A stretch of 63,760 nt of DNA, filler included, from Asterionella formosa (lineage: Eukaryota), in the NCBI GenBank assembly GCA_002256025.1. It is 14 parts of 14 records of this genome, joined end to end, with 100 filler letters (N's around TTAATTAATTAA, not from the genome) between each part and the next. Parts side by side here need not be neighbours in the genome. Positions count along the whole stretch, not along the records: positions 1 to 16,971 come from NKIB01004642.1; positions 17,072 to 34,024 come from NKIB01004650.1; 12 more parts are not named here. The stretch is one strand, 5' to 3'. The position numbers and the translations under genes are program-made. Position 1 is the stretch's first letter. Each line of letters begins with the position of its first letter. Of the stretch, positions 11,282-21,621 are shown piece after piece. The notes beneath the pieces were generated by a model. It saw nothing but the letters and a program-made list of their open reading frames with translations. It searched no databases and had not been told where the DNA came from.

Positions 11282-12054
11282 ATGAATGCATGTCTGATGA
11301 AGTTGAGAGAGGGGTGATTAACTTCAATTCAGATATATGAAATTGTCAATGTTAGTAATTGTTGTTGCTGACTTGAGGGAGTACTGGTAATCTCAAAAGG
11401 TATTTTGCCAGTAAGTATACATGCAATATACAAAGTTTAATTTGTACAGTACAAAAATTATGTGGTTTATTTTGGCAGTTATCATTAGTTACAAGTCTAA
11501 AATTCTTCTACTTATGTCTATTGACTAACAAATGGTCAACAGATAAGGGGGTCCAGAGCAAACATTCTCATTGGGGTGCAATTCTACAAAAAATGCGCCA
11601 AAAAAATAAAAACGAAGTCAGGTTCACCTAATTGTAGACCATTTAGAACATATTTTATGTACACCATTATGTTCGGAATAATTTTTATAAAGGAGGGGCT
11701 ACTAGATGGAGAATTATTGGAGGTTGCGCTTCATGTGAAGCAGTGACCTAAAGGTTGGGTGCAACTATACCGGAAGAGAGGGAGTACATAGGATATATGC
11801 TAAGGGTACCCGAGGTAGCCTTGTTTGTAGCAGCTAGTGTATAATTATTTAGCTTTTTAGGGCAGGTCTTAACATATGAAATAATTAGGTAAATTTTATA
11901 GTACGATATTGTTAAAGAACTCAACAATTGTGGAGGTTGTGAAGTCGCACTTTGCCCCTGGTACCAGCACCAGAAATGTATTTTCGAAACTATACTTCGA
12001 ACAAAGTGCTAGATATATCAATATTCATTTGGAAAGGCAAAGCCAGAGGGCCTT

Positions 12055-12177
12055 AGACCTGCTTGTTGTCTGCCTCACCACCTGGAACCCAAGGGACTAC
12101 AAAACAAAGCAGGTGGAGAATGCGGGAATCAAACCCCTCACCTCGGAAGGTGAGCTAACCCAACTAAGCAGTTCCCC
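12055..12177 (-). repeat. tRNA-derived SINE-like short repeat, copy C
   Basis: Minus strand reads GGGGAACTGCTTAGTTGGGTTAGC...GGTTTGATTCCC...CCTGCTTTGTTTTGTAGTCCCTTGGGTTCC...AACAAGCAGG. Confidence 0.7.
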
Positions 12178-12281
12178 AAGAAAGTGTATATTTTTTCTCC
12201 TTTTTCCACCTATTATTAGCCTGCTGGACCATATGTTCTACCATGAGAAAATACCTTCCTTGCACAAAAGTGTTTCTAAAT

Positions 12282-12413
12282 GGGGGGAATGGCGTAGTGG
12301 TTAGCACACCCTTCTGCGGTAGCGGGTTCGATTCCTGCGTTCTCCCCCTGTCTTTTTCATGTAGTCCCTAGTAGCAGGGTTCTGGGGGGTTCCGCTGACG
12401 AAAGGACAGGTCC
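12282..12413 (+). repeat. tRNA-derived SINE-like short repeat, copy B (best preserved)
   Basis: A box TGGCGTAGTGG, B box GGTTCGATTCC, acceptor-like stem GGGGGGA/TCTCCCC, shortened anticodon arm, then a 3' stem-loop. Confidence 0.75.
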
Positions 12414-12428
12414 TACAATATCTGTTCA

Positions 12429-12523
<95 letters not shown>

Positions 12524-13329
12524 CGGGGGCATCCGCCCACCATGACCTTCTCCTGCCTTAAGTATTGAACTCTCTGATAAGTGCCACACACCTGAGCGAT
12601 TTCACCATGATCAATTTCTTATGGATGTATTTGCCGAGGTTGGGGTGAGTGACTTCAAAATATTCCACATCAACTGGCTGTTCTAGAATATTCCTGCAGG
12701 TCCACGCACACTATAGCGTATATTGCTAATGCGGCTGATGTCAAATGCATTTGTCCGGAAATATTATCATTTCAATGACTCAAAGATAGTAATTCGCGCC
12801 GCCTCCAGTTGCCTAATCAGTCTGAACAAACTTGGCAACAAAAATCAGATTGGAAAAGGGCGTTGATGTCATATGCACGTCTTGCACTCTCCTCTTCGAC
12901 AGAAACATTGTCTCTCCTCCGTCAAAGACTAGGAAGACGGACAACACCACCAGTCCAAGTAAGGAAAATATATTTTGTTCTTCACACAAAGCAACTGTGG
13001 CGAAGAGTTTGGAACACATGATGGTTTCTTCACAACTCAATCTCAACCTCCCGACTGTCCACCATAGTCGAATCAAGGGGAGTGGCCACCACCCATCGCC
13101 TTCCTAAGTCAGCGCTCCCATGTGATGTTACAAAAGATTGGCAGGTAGTAACATACAGGGTAATAGAATGCTCCTTCCAGTCCGCACCAGGCACAGGAGT
13201 CGGCAACAACATACATGGAGCACATAGCTTGCCTACTAGCCTCTTATCAAGGGGCGTCTAATGTATGACCTAAAACTGATTTCATCGTCGGCTCCTTCCT
13301 CAAGACTGCAAAGACAACTTCTACTAGGT

Positions 13330-14130
13330 CTTCCCTGTTATGTGGGCACGGAGGGATCATATAAAAATGGAAAGGCATCGCACGACGCCTGGTCCTTGCG
13401 TCTGCGAATGACCAAATCCAACGTTCCTTGGGAAACAGTCTCCTGTGCTGGACCTGTCAATGGCGAGCCGGAAGGGAACAGCTCTACCAGCCAGAGCGGA
13501 ATTGTTTGCAATTGTCTCAGCCCTTAAATTCTTTCAAGAGTTTCTTAGATATCATTGCATAAACTCCTCCAGTCAGCAGGTATACATCTGGAGCGACAGT
13601 GAGTCTTTTATACACCGGATTCAGAAGCTCCAAACACAACTATGCATGGTGGGTAGGCTTCCACCAAATGCAAATATTGTGTCATAAATATCTCAAATTA
13701 TCAATACAGTCTCCATCACCACCAAATTACTAGCATGGGTTCAATCCCACCAAGATGCACCAAAAGGCACCAAACAGTCGCAACTTATCTCCGAGTGCCA
13801 AACTAATTATAAGAGCAGATTGCCTGGCAGAAATGTATCTAGCATCACATCTGTGCGGCAAGACAGGTCATCCAATCCCGAATTCATGCCATTTTCCGTC
13901 CAGCAAAGCCATTTTACTTATCAGAAAGACTAGAATTGACAGTGACTCGTCCCACCGCGCGCATGCAGCTCTCGTCTCATATCTTAGATATTTTACAGAA
14001 AAACACAAGATTACCTTTGGATATAATGAGAAAAATTGGAAAACCTTTTCATGTGAGTTCAAGAAGAAATCAAACTCAGAACAAACGATGGTTGCAAAGT
14101 TTATTCATGGATGGCTTCGTCTGCAAATAA
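13330..14130 (+). pseudogene. Degenerate non-LTR retrotransposon RNase H region
   Basis: Frameshifted motifs YVGTEGS...GPVNGEP, RAELFAIVSAL, IWSDSES, WVQSHQD, IRADCLA and KFIHGWL are typical of RNase H domains in LINE-type elements. Confidence 0.7.
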
Positions 14131-16639
14131 AAAGCCATCATATTCCTATGATGCATCATAGGATTATGATCATATGATCGTGATTTTTCGTTATATCATC
14201 TAATAATTTTGATAAATGCCCTTGTAATTTAAATAGTAACCCTTTTGACTATGGAAATTTAATTATTAAATGTATTGTTTCTTTTAGGTTCCTTTATTAA
14301 AATTTCTTGGTAGGATAATGTACCAGTTAAAGTAATGTGGTTTGGCTCATCATCCTCTCCAGTCCTCACTCTGATTCTTGCCACAACAACAAAGCAGTCA
14401 TGTCGAGAGGAACAAGTATTTGTGCTAAAATCTTCATTTGTCTTTCAAGTCATAATATGTCTTCGATGAATCATCATCTGCATTGTACAGTATGTTTGTA
14501 TGCAATCCGTTAAGAGCTTGAAAAGAAATCCAATGAAAACGAAATGGCTCAGCCATCACACAAGACGAATATTTCCGGCCGGTCTGTCACCAGAGCATCA
14601 ATCAGTGTTACAACCTCAATCACAGCTAAATAGCATCCATTATAGAACAGCACAATCTACTTCTCAGTAACATTGTCTCTCTAACAAGAACGTAATACAT
14701 CTAGAATTGAAACACAGTATAGCAGGCAATATTCACAAAGAAATAGTAACACAGTGATTCTGGTTTCGAAATTTTCATGTCTCATCAGAGCTCTTTTTTC
14801 ATCGTACTAGTTCCTTACCTTTGACGACAGGAGCGTATTCTTTGATGTATCTGGAATGTTTCAATGGATGGCACCAGTTGGATTTAGACACAAACCTCGA
14901 CAAAAGCACTACTTTGTAGATGTTCATAAAAAGCCAGACACTTTGGCCTATCGACCACCACTCAGTCTATACTGCAAAAATGCAAGAAGCACAAGTTGAA
15001 TGCCCATTTATGGATTCAAGTTTCAGTAGTGCAACAATGTAAAATATTAGAAAACGGAAGTCACATTTCATCTAATTACGGTTTTCAGTAGCTGTACTAG
15101 TATTGATTGAGAGGAAGCAATGGTAGAATGCCAAACGGGCGGGGGCAAACACAGAGAATCCTACTAATTTTTCTCCCCAATGATCCCAGACCCTTCTTGA
15201 ATGTCACTTGCTACAGAAAATGGAGAACAGCCGCCATGATCTGTTGATTGTTGCTTGCTGTATGTTGCCACTGACCAAAACCTCCAGAAAGCTCAATGAA
15301 TTGCTTGTTTCTTGACTTGAATGCAAAAGGGATCGAAACCAGTGAAAAATTCAAAAAGGAACTAAAAATGCTCTGCAAACACAGGACAATTGTGAAAGGT
15401 AAATGAAGGTTCTTGGGGGGAGAAGTAAAGGGATAATTGCTTCTGCTGGTCTTGCGGGAACAAGAATAGATTGACCCAAACAACAATGTTGACAAATAGG
15501 TACCTATGGGAAAAGGAAGCAATGCTTTCGGCATCATCAATCTATACACAAGCCTGCGCCACCTAACATCAATATAGCTACCTCGACTTCATCAATGAAG
15601 AAGTCAATGGGTGGAGCATGTGAGGAAAATCGGGGTTGAGGTATTCTTGACGCCAACGTGGGCTTGCTTGGCTGAACTTGCAGATGAAGGCATTGAGTAA
15701 CCTGGGCCTGTGAAGCCAAAGGAGAAAGAAAAATCTATGAAAAGGGTGTTTAGGAGGGGGGAGCAAAAGTTATAATAGCTGAACGCATTCGAAACTCGTA
15801 CAGATAATAAATGGTGGCATGCCATGGCTGCTCTTGGCTGACAGTTGCCAAGTCAAGTACAAACACAACAAGCAAGGGTGCACAAAAGACAGTCCAATTT
15901 TAATCGACTGGCTGATACATAGTTTTGAGACTCACCATTCTGCAATGGGGTGGACTTTGATTGTTCGAAGCACATTCAATTCGAATGCTGTCCAGTGAAA
16001 CAACAGCCAATGAAAACAATTGTGGTGGCGAAAAAGCGCAGAACAGATCAAGAGATTTCATAGGAATTAAAATAACAGGGCATAGATGATGCACTGCTCC
16101 TTGTGTAGACTAGCTATATTTGATCATTTCCTTATTTCATACTATACAGGTGCAGCATGGATGACTCCTCCCGCCCTTTCATTAGATATGCAGCCATGTT
16201 GCAATAATTCTACAGGACCTATAGGATTGGTAGTCTGGCTGGTGGTCATCATTTCCGCATTGTATATACCAGTAGGAGTCATGTAGTTTGCATGCATGCT
16301 GCGATAATTCTTACAAGACATAAAAAAAATTTGGTTGCTTGGGGTTATCACTTCTGTACTGTATGCAGGGGGAGAGGGAAGGAGTTGCATGCACGAGCAA
16401 CTTCTCCGGTATAACAAACTATGATCTTTAATTAATAAATTTTGATTTGTTTATCATATACCTTTGATCATAACATATTGATCATTTGATAAACGGTATC
16501 GTTGATGAGAAAATGAAAGATCAAAATTTTATTTTCAGGAATCAGGATAAATTGATCTTTAAAAATATGATCAAATGATCCTAAACAAATGAGCATATTC
16601 AGTTTTCCGCCGCACTATTGTGGCATTTTCATGATAGAA

Positions 16640-16970
16640 ATAATTCCCAGCAAGTATACAGTACTACCGGTAGGCCAAATGAATTTTGGTCAATATGTCT
16701 ATATACATAAATGTATGATTTCGACCATTTGAAAAATTGGTGATGACTCCCGACTATTAAGGGGCTTAATTAAATCAGCCACTGACTTGTAGGTAAAAGA
16801 ATTGACACAAAACAAATTGAAAAAATTCAATAGGGCATGGAAAACTATGAACTCATCATGCATTGTACTTTATATTTGAATTATGTATAATCAAAATTGA
16901 TATTAGTATACACACCAGGATATGCCATATAGTAATGAGCTTGTTGAAAACTATGCAAATGTTCAACTTT
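16640..16970. repeat. Dispersed repeat with an inverted homologue at about 50200-50480
   Basis: AGGGGCTTAATTA...CACTGACTTGTAGG matches the reverse complement of CCTACAAGTCAGTG...TAATTAAGCCCCT. Confidence 0.55.
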
Positions 16971-18259
16971 ANNNNNNNNNNNNNNNNNNNNNNNNNNNNN
17001 NNNNNNNNNNNNNNNTTAATTAATTAANNNNNNNNNNNNNNNNNNNNNNNNNNNNNNNNNNNNNNNNNNNNTGTTGAAAGAGAGGAATGAATGTAAGTTT
17101 GGTTGACAAAACTGATGTTTTCAATTATATGAGCTTAATTCTAGTTGGCAAAATGAGGAAGGTGAGGAAGTGCCAGAAGCAACTAATGAAGTGCTGGCAT
17201 CATGGAATGAGTACTGAATCTACAGAATCCTAAGGGAAAGGTAGAGAAGTGCCAGTAGCAAGATCAGAGGTGCTGACAGTAAGCTGTGTATGAATGTACA
17301 GCCTGGTACCATAGACCTGCCTACTTGGTACCAGCAGCATTGTGCTGGTGCTGTTATACCAGTACTACTATGCATAAAACCTGGTAGCATGACTAAATTC
17401 CCGCCGGAAGTATCATCATGGTACCTGGTGCCTGGTACTAGGTATCACAGAACCATTTTCTGGTGTCCGGTACTAGGTACTACCGGGTACCAGGTACAAA
17501 ACCTGGTACTGCTAAGCATCACTAAATTCCTGCCAGCAGCCGGTGTGCAAACCAGTAGTACCTGGTAGTAAAGTGCTGCTCCAGCAGTATGGTGCTGCCG
17601 TCATTGACAGGGCAGAACCGATTTAGCGCTACTGTTGGTAATATACCAGCATTGCTCCTAGTAGCTACTACTAGTATACAAATGACCAGTATACTGACTC
17701 TAGGACGATAGTACTGGGTACAACCGTCACTTTATGTAGTTTTCATTCCTTTTCCTTCCAGCAATCATTTTTACAAATATTGCCACCAGTACGTTAGTAA
17801 GGAATTTTCTAGGACATGATCAACCCCCTCCAATGTTGATCAGTGGTGAACCTCCCATGATGGTTCCACTTAAATAAAGTTCTTATATTTATAAGGTACC
17901 TTCACTTGCTAGAGCACTAACCCAGCTGACTCCTTCTGTCAGTCATGGCAGTGACACCCTGCTGATGTCACCCTGAACCCGAAAACGCGGACATTACCTG
18001 ACCTTGCAGTACTAGATGACAATGTTGGTACCAACATATCATTTTATTATTGATACATTTGCCAGTCCTTGCCACCATTTCCTTCCCGATCAAGCTTCTT
18101 CCAAGACTAGAAATACAGAAAATATCGCACAAAACTTACGTAGACAGTCGTTCTCAATACCCCAGTGGTTATATAATTTGTTAATTCAACAATTTGTGGG
18201 GGATGCCCGACAGGCATCTCAAGGTCCAAAAACATGGATTATGGTCGGAAGGCGCCGAT

Positions 18260-18850
18260 TTAGTTGGGAATGAGGGATACTCCAAGCTTCTCGTGGACCA
18301 TGAGAGCGAGGATTCCCATTTGGGCGGCACGTCCTTGGTTAAGCTCAATGGCACGCTTGGAAAGTTGAGTCTCAGCGTCGAATGAATCCCAGCCAAAATC
18401 AAGAGCTCCGTTACGGAAGTCACCAACGAATTCTCCTCCGGTAATGTCCTTCATGACAGCGAGCTCAAGGAATCCAATGAAGGCAACAATCTGGGCAATA
18501 CCGGCTCCAGAGATGGCATCAAGGGCACCGAAGCCATTGGGGATGGACGCGAAGGTGGTGCCAGAGTAGTCGATGTCACCAGGGAGACGGATACCGTTCT
18601 CGGCAACCAAGTATCCAACAACAGCAAGCATTGAAATACGTCCGTGCTTGATCTCGACGTATCGGAGACGGTCGAACTTGTCCTGGTCGCCGTCGGCAAC
18701 CAAGCCAAGAGGATCCCAGAATCCGAGAGGCGCTTGGGCACCAAGCTCATCCTCGAAGGCCATGTTCATAGCCGTGGTCTTGAGAGTCTGCTTGGCAGGG
18801 GCAAAGGCGGCAGCAGAGGCGAGAAGGGATGCGACGATGACAGACTTCAT
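18260..18850 (-). CDS. Lhcf: Fucoxanthin-chlorophyll a/c binding protein (Lhcf family)
   Basis: Signal peptide with AAA-FAP; motifs ELGAQAPLGFWDPLG, RLRYVEIKHGRISML and RAIELNQGRAAQMG. Intronless with strong codon bias. Confidence 0.97.
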   Translation of the reverse strand: MKSVIVASLLASAAAFAPAKQTLKTTAMNMAFEDELGAQAPLGFWDPLGLVADGDQDKFDRLRYVEIKHGRISMLAVVGYLVAENGIRLPGDIDYSGTTFASIPNGFGALDAISGAGIAQIVAFIGFLELAVMKDITGGEFVGDFRNGALDFGWDSFDAETQLSKRAIELNQGRAAQMGILALMVHEKLGVSLIPN

Positions 18851-19265
18851 TTTGTTGTGTATTTGTTGTTGTTGACTAAACTGGGAATTGTGAGAATTAA
18901 GAGTTTTATTTTATTGATCCCAGTCTATTTTCGTATCCATTTCCTTTTGCTCATGATGATAGCTCCATAATACATAATCCATAAAGCCCTGTACCATTGA
19001 ACTCTATTTCCACATGATGTAGAATTCATCGTGAAAACATTGAGTATTAGCTGGTAGATCAGAGTAAAGAACCCTGCTTTTCAAAGGTACAGTCAAGTAC
19101 GGTTGACGTCTAGACAAGGATCTAAATCCATGCGAACAACTCTGCCACTTAAACGAGATTGTCAGTTGGTGCATGATTTGCTTGTCGTCTTGACGCAGCC
19201 GCTGTTCAACTATGTACCGGTAGGTTCCATTGTGGTGTACCAGGTATGCGATATAGTACCAGGTA

Positions 19266-20371
19266 CCTGCAAGTTGCGGTAATTTTGCTGAACTAAGGAT
19301 TTAGGTGTCTTTATCCCATATCAAAATTTTTTTTTAAGCAAAATGACCGCATCTGGTTGCTGTACCTGCAAGCTACGGTCATTTTCCTGAAATGGACAAC
19401 GTGTTACCGGACAGCGACATATTTTATCATAAATAGTACTAAAGGACATCTTCAATTCATAGCACGATTCAGCGAAATAAATAGTGGAATTCTTCTAATT
19501 GCAAAAACGAGAATACAAAGCACATGACTATGACTTTCAGGAAAACATTATGACTTTCAGGAAATTCCTATGAATTTCAGGAAATGACTATGACTTTCAG
19601 GAAACTTAAGGAAATGTCAGGAAACTTCAGGAAACGTAAGGAAACTTAAGGAGATGGCAGGAAACGTAAGGAAACTTCAGGAATTTCCTGGAATTTCCTA
19701 AAGTCTCCAAAATTAGTTTTTTCTGGCCAAAGTGAAAAACCCCACATCCTTCGTTCTGGATTTACAGTACCGTACAAGATTCCTTATCGGTTATAGTTAG
19801 GAGCATTTGAAAGACCGGTAGTGGTGTTACTAACTATTACATAGGTATGACGGTATACCCGTACCGGGGTAGGTATGTAATCTTGACTTTTTCCAGCAAT
19901 AAGAAGGCCCATGCGAAGGAACTCACGCCGGGTGTAAGCATTATTTTGAGGATCACAAAATAGAATTGTACTGGACCACTGTATCAGGGTTTCAAATTTT
20001 GATTCCTGAAAGTCATAATGTTTTCCTGAAAGTCATAGTCATATGCTTTGTATTCTCGTTTTTGCAATTAGAAGAATTCCACTATTTATTTCGCTGAATC
20101 GTGCTATGAATTGAAGATGTCCTTTAGTACTATTTATGACAAAATATGTCGCTGTCCGGTAACACGTTATCCGTTTCAGGAAAATGACCGCAGCTTGCAG
20201 GTACAGCAACCAGATGCGGTCATTGTGCTTAAATAAACAGTTTCAGGAAAATGATCGCAGCTCGCAGGTAGCTACAGCAACCAGATGCGGTCATTGTGCT
20301 TAAATAAACAATTTGACATGGGATAAAGACAGCTAAATCCTTAGTTCAGCAAAATTACCGCAACTTGCCGG
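19266..20371. mobile_element. Foldback/MITE-like element with about 300-bp TIRs and internal minisatellite
   Basis: 19266-19563 is the reverse complement of 20003-20371; the right arm carries an extra duplication of about 60 bp. Tandem TGACTTTCAGGAAA and AGGAAACTTA units at about 19525-19700. The terminus CCTGCAAGTTGCGGTAATTTTGCT recurs at about 27244 and 38190-38222. Confidence 0.9.
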
Positions 20372-20482
20372 TGCCAGTAGGTCAATGGATGGTTTGTCAA
20401 TCATGAGGTGCAGCGACGACATGACGTCAGCAAGGAGTTATTTTGAAATGTTATTGTTCGCATCGTCAAAAATTAATAGAAC

Positions 20483-21490
20483 AGGCAGTATTTGAACCCG
20501 TAGCTGGAGGTAGGGTTCAGACTTCTCAAACACGTACTTTTCACGTCTAAAATAAATATGTATATCGCTACTCGGTGCTTTCACAATTGGACACCCTTTC
20601 TAAATGCTTAGATAAAGTCTTTGGTCAAAGTAGGGGGTATAGGTCAACTATATCTAAGATCGTCAAGATATAGAATATGGCAAGAAACTGCAGAAAGGAA
20701 CTTCAGTCTTTTAACTATGCCAATAATAGTGGATTTTACCTGGCCAAACGGTTTATTTCTTGCTTGGCATAGTTTAAAAAAAAACCAAGTTCCTTCTTTC
20801 TGCAGCAGTTTCTTGACAAAAGTTATCTTCTGCAGCTATATGAAGATTACCTAGCTATGTATTTAATTTTTCTTCAAACCCAGCCAACATTGAGCAATCA
20901 TCGTCCCAAAATTTGACAAAATCGGCCTTGTCAATGGACTCCAAAATATCAAAATTAGAATCACTAACCGCCGAAATGTCGTAATCAGAAAAGCAGTCTT
21001 GTGCTAAAATTTTTAGCCGTAAAATCTCCTGTTCAAAAAATTCGAGTGTGAGTGCGTGCTGCATTATTTATATTCTGATTTGCTATTGAGAATTACTTTC
21101 CTTTTTTATTGGCCCGGTTTGTGCGGTCTTGCAAACCCACACTGGCCACACAGGACACACTGGATGCAAATGTAACATTTTTTGGGAGTTTAGAGGTACT
21201 GTATCCACACCACTGGTTGCTGATCATCATTGATTGTACGCGTACCAGTACAAGAATGCATCGTAGTAAAGGGTATATATACATTGAGTGATGTAGAATG
21301 TTTAAATATAAATTTAGCAAATTCGAAAAGGAATCTATGTATGTATGCGCCAATTTCCGCCGATTTAAATATTTCAAACGGAATCATTGATATTCATAAT
21401 TTGTACATTAATTTTCCCAGTTACAGGGAATTTCGGAAAATCTAGTAAGCAATATCTTAATTTGTGCCTAGGGTTTCAAATGCAGCAACC
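20483..21490. mobile_element. Second non-autonomous Kolobok-like copy (left end degenerate)
   Basis: Colinear with 389-1642. Right end TTCAAATGCAGCAACC followed by TTAA at 21491-21494. Confidence 0.8.
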
Positions 21491-21517
21491 TTAAAATACT
21501 TTCAATAATATGGTAAT

Positions 21518-21621
21518 AGGAAAATGATATTTTGTCCCCCAAACCCTAACACTTATCTTCAGATGCTACCATGGAAGAGTCTGGGGTTACTAGGGTTAGG
21601 GGGACAAAATATCTTTTTCCT
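21518..21621. mobile_element. About 100-bp MITE-like inverted repeat
   Basis: AGGAAAATGATATTTTGTCCCCC...GGGGACAAAATATCTTTTTCCT, flanked by AAT/AAT (or TA/TA if the termini are GG/CC). Confidence 0.7.

Noticed and set aside
12282..12350. Functional tRNA gene
   Set aside because: The anticodon stem is only about 3 bp and there is no variable region. Related copies differ in the loop, so it is treated as a SINE-like head.
12345..12413. Hammerhead or HDV ribozyme, or ykkC riboswitch (CTGACGA/GAAA and CTAGGGTTCCG words)
   Set aside because: The required stems and pseudoknots could not be built, and CTGACGA is not conserved in the other copies.
12428..12523. G run of about 95 nt (poly-Pro ORF, G-quadruplex candidate)
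   Set aside because: A pure homopolymer of this length is most likely a sequencing or gap-filling artefact; there is no coding context.
16972..17071. Recurring N44-TTAATTAATTAA-N44 motif (also near 34.0, 51.1, 52.2, 53.4, 54.5, 55.7, 56.8, 58.0, 59.2, 60.3, 61.5 and 62.6 kb)
   Set aside because: Artificial contig linker with stops in all frames. It is not a TTAA target site, and adjacency across these linkers is unreliable.
19104..19109. TGACGT (bZIP/aureochrome-type site) upstream of Lhcf
   Set aside because: A single hexamer is expected by chance and there is no supporting conservation in the window.
19525..19700. CRISPR-like array
   Set aside because: Contiguous 10- and 20-bp tandem units without unique spacers, inside a eukaryotic foldback element; no cas genes.
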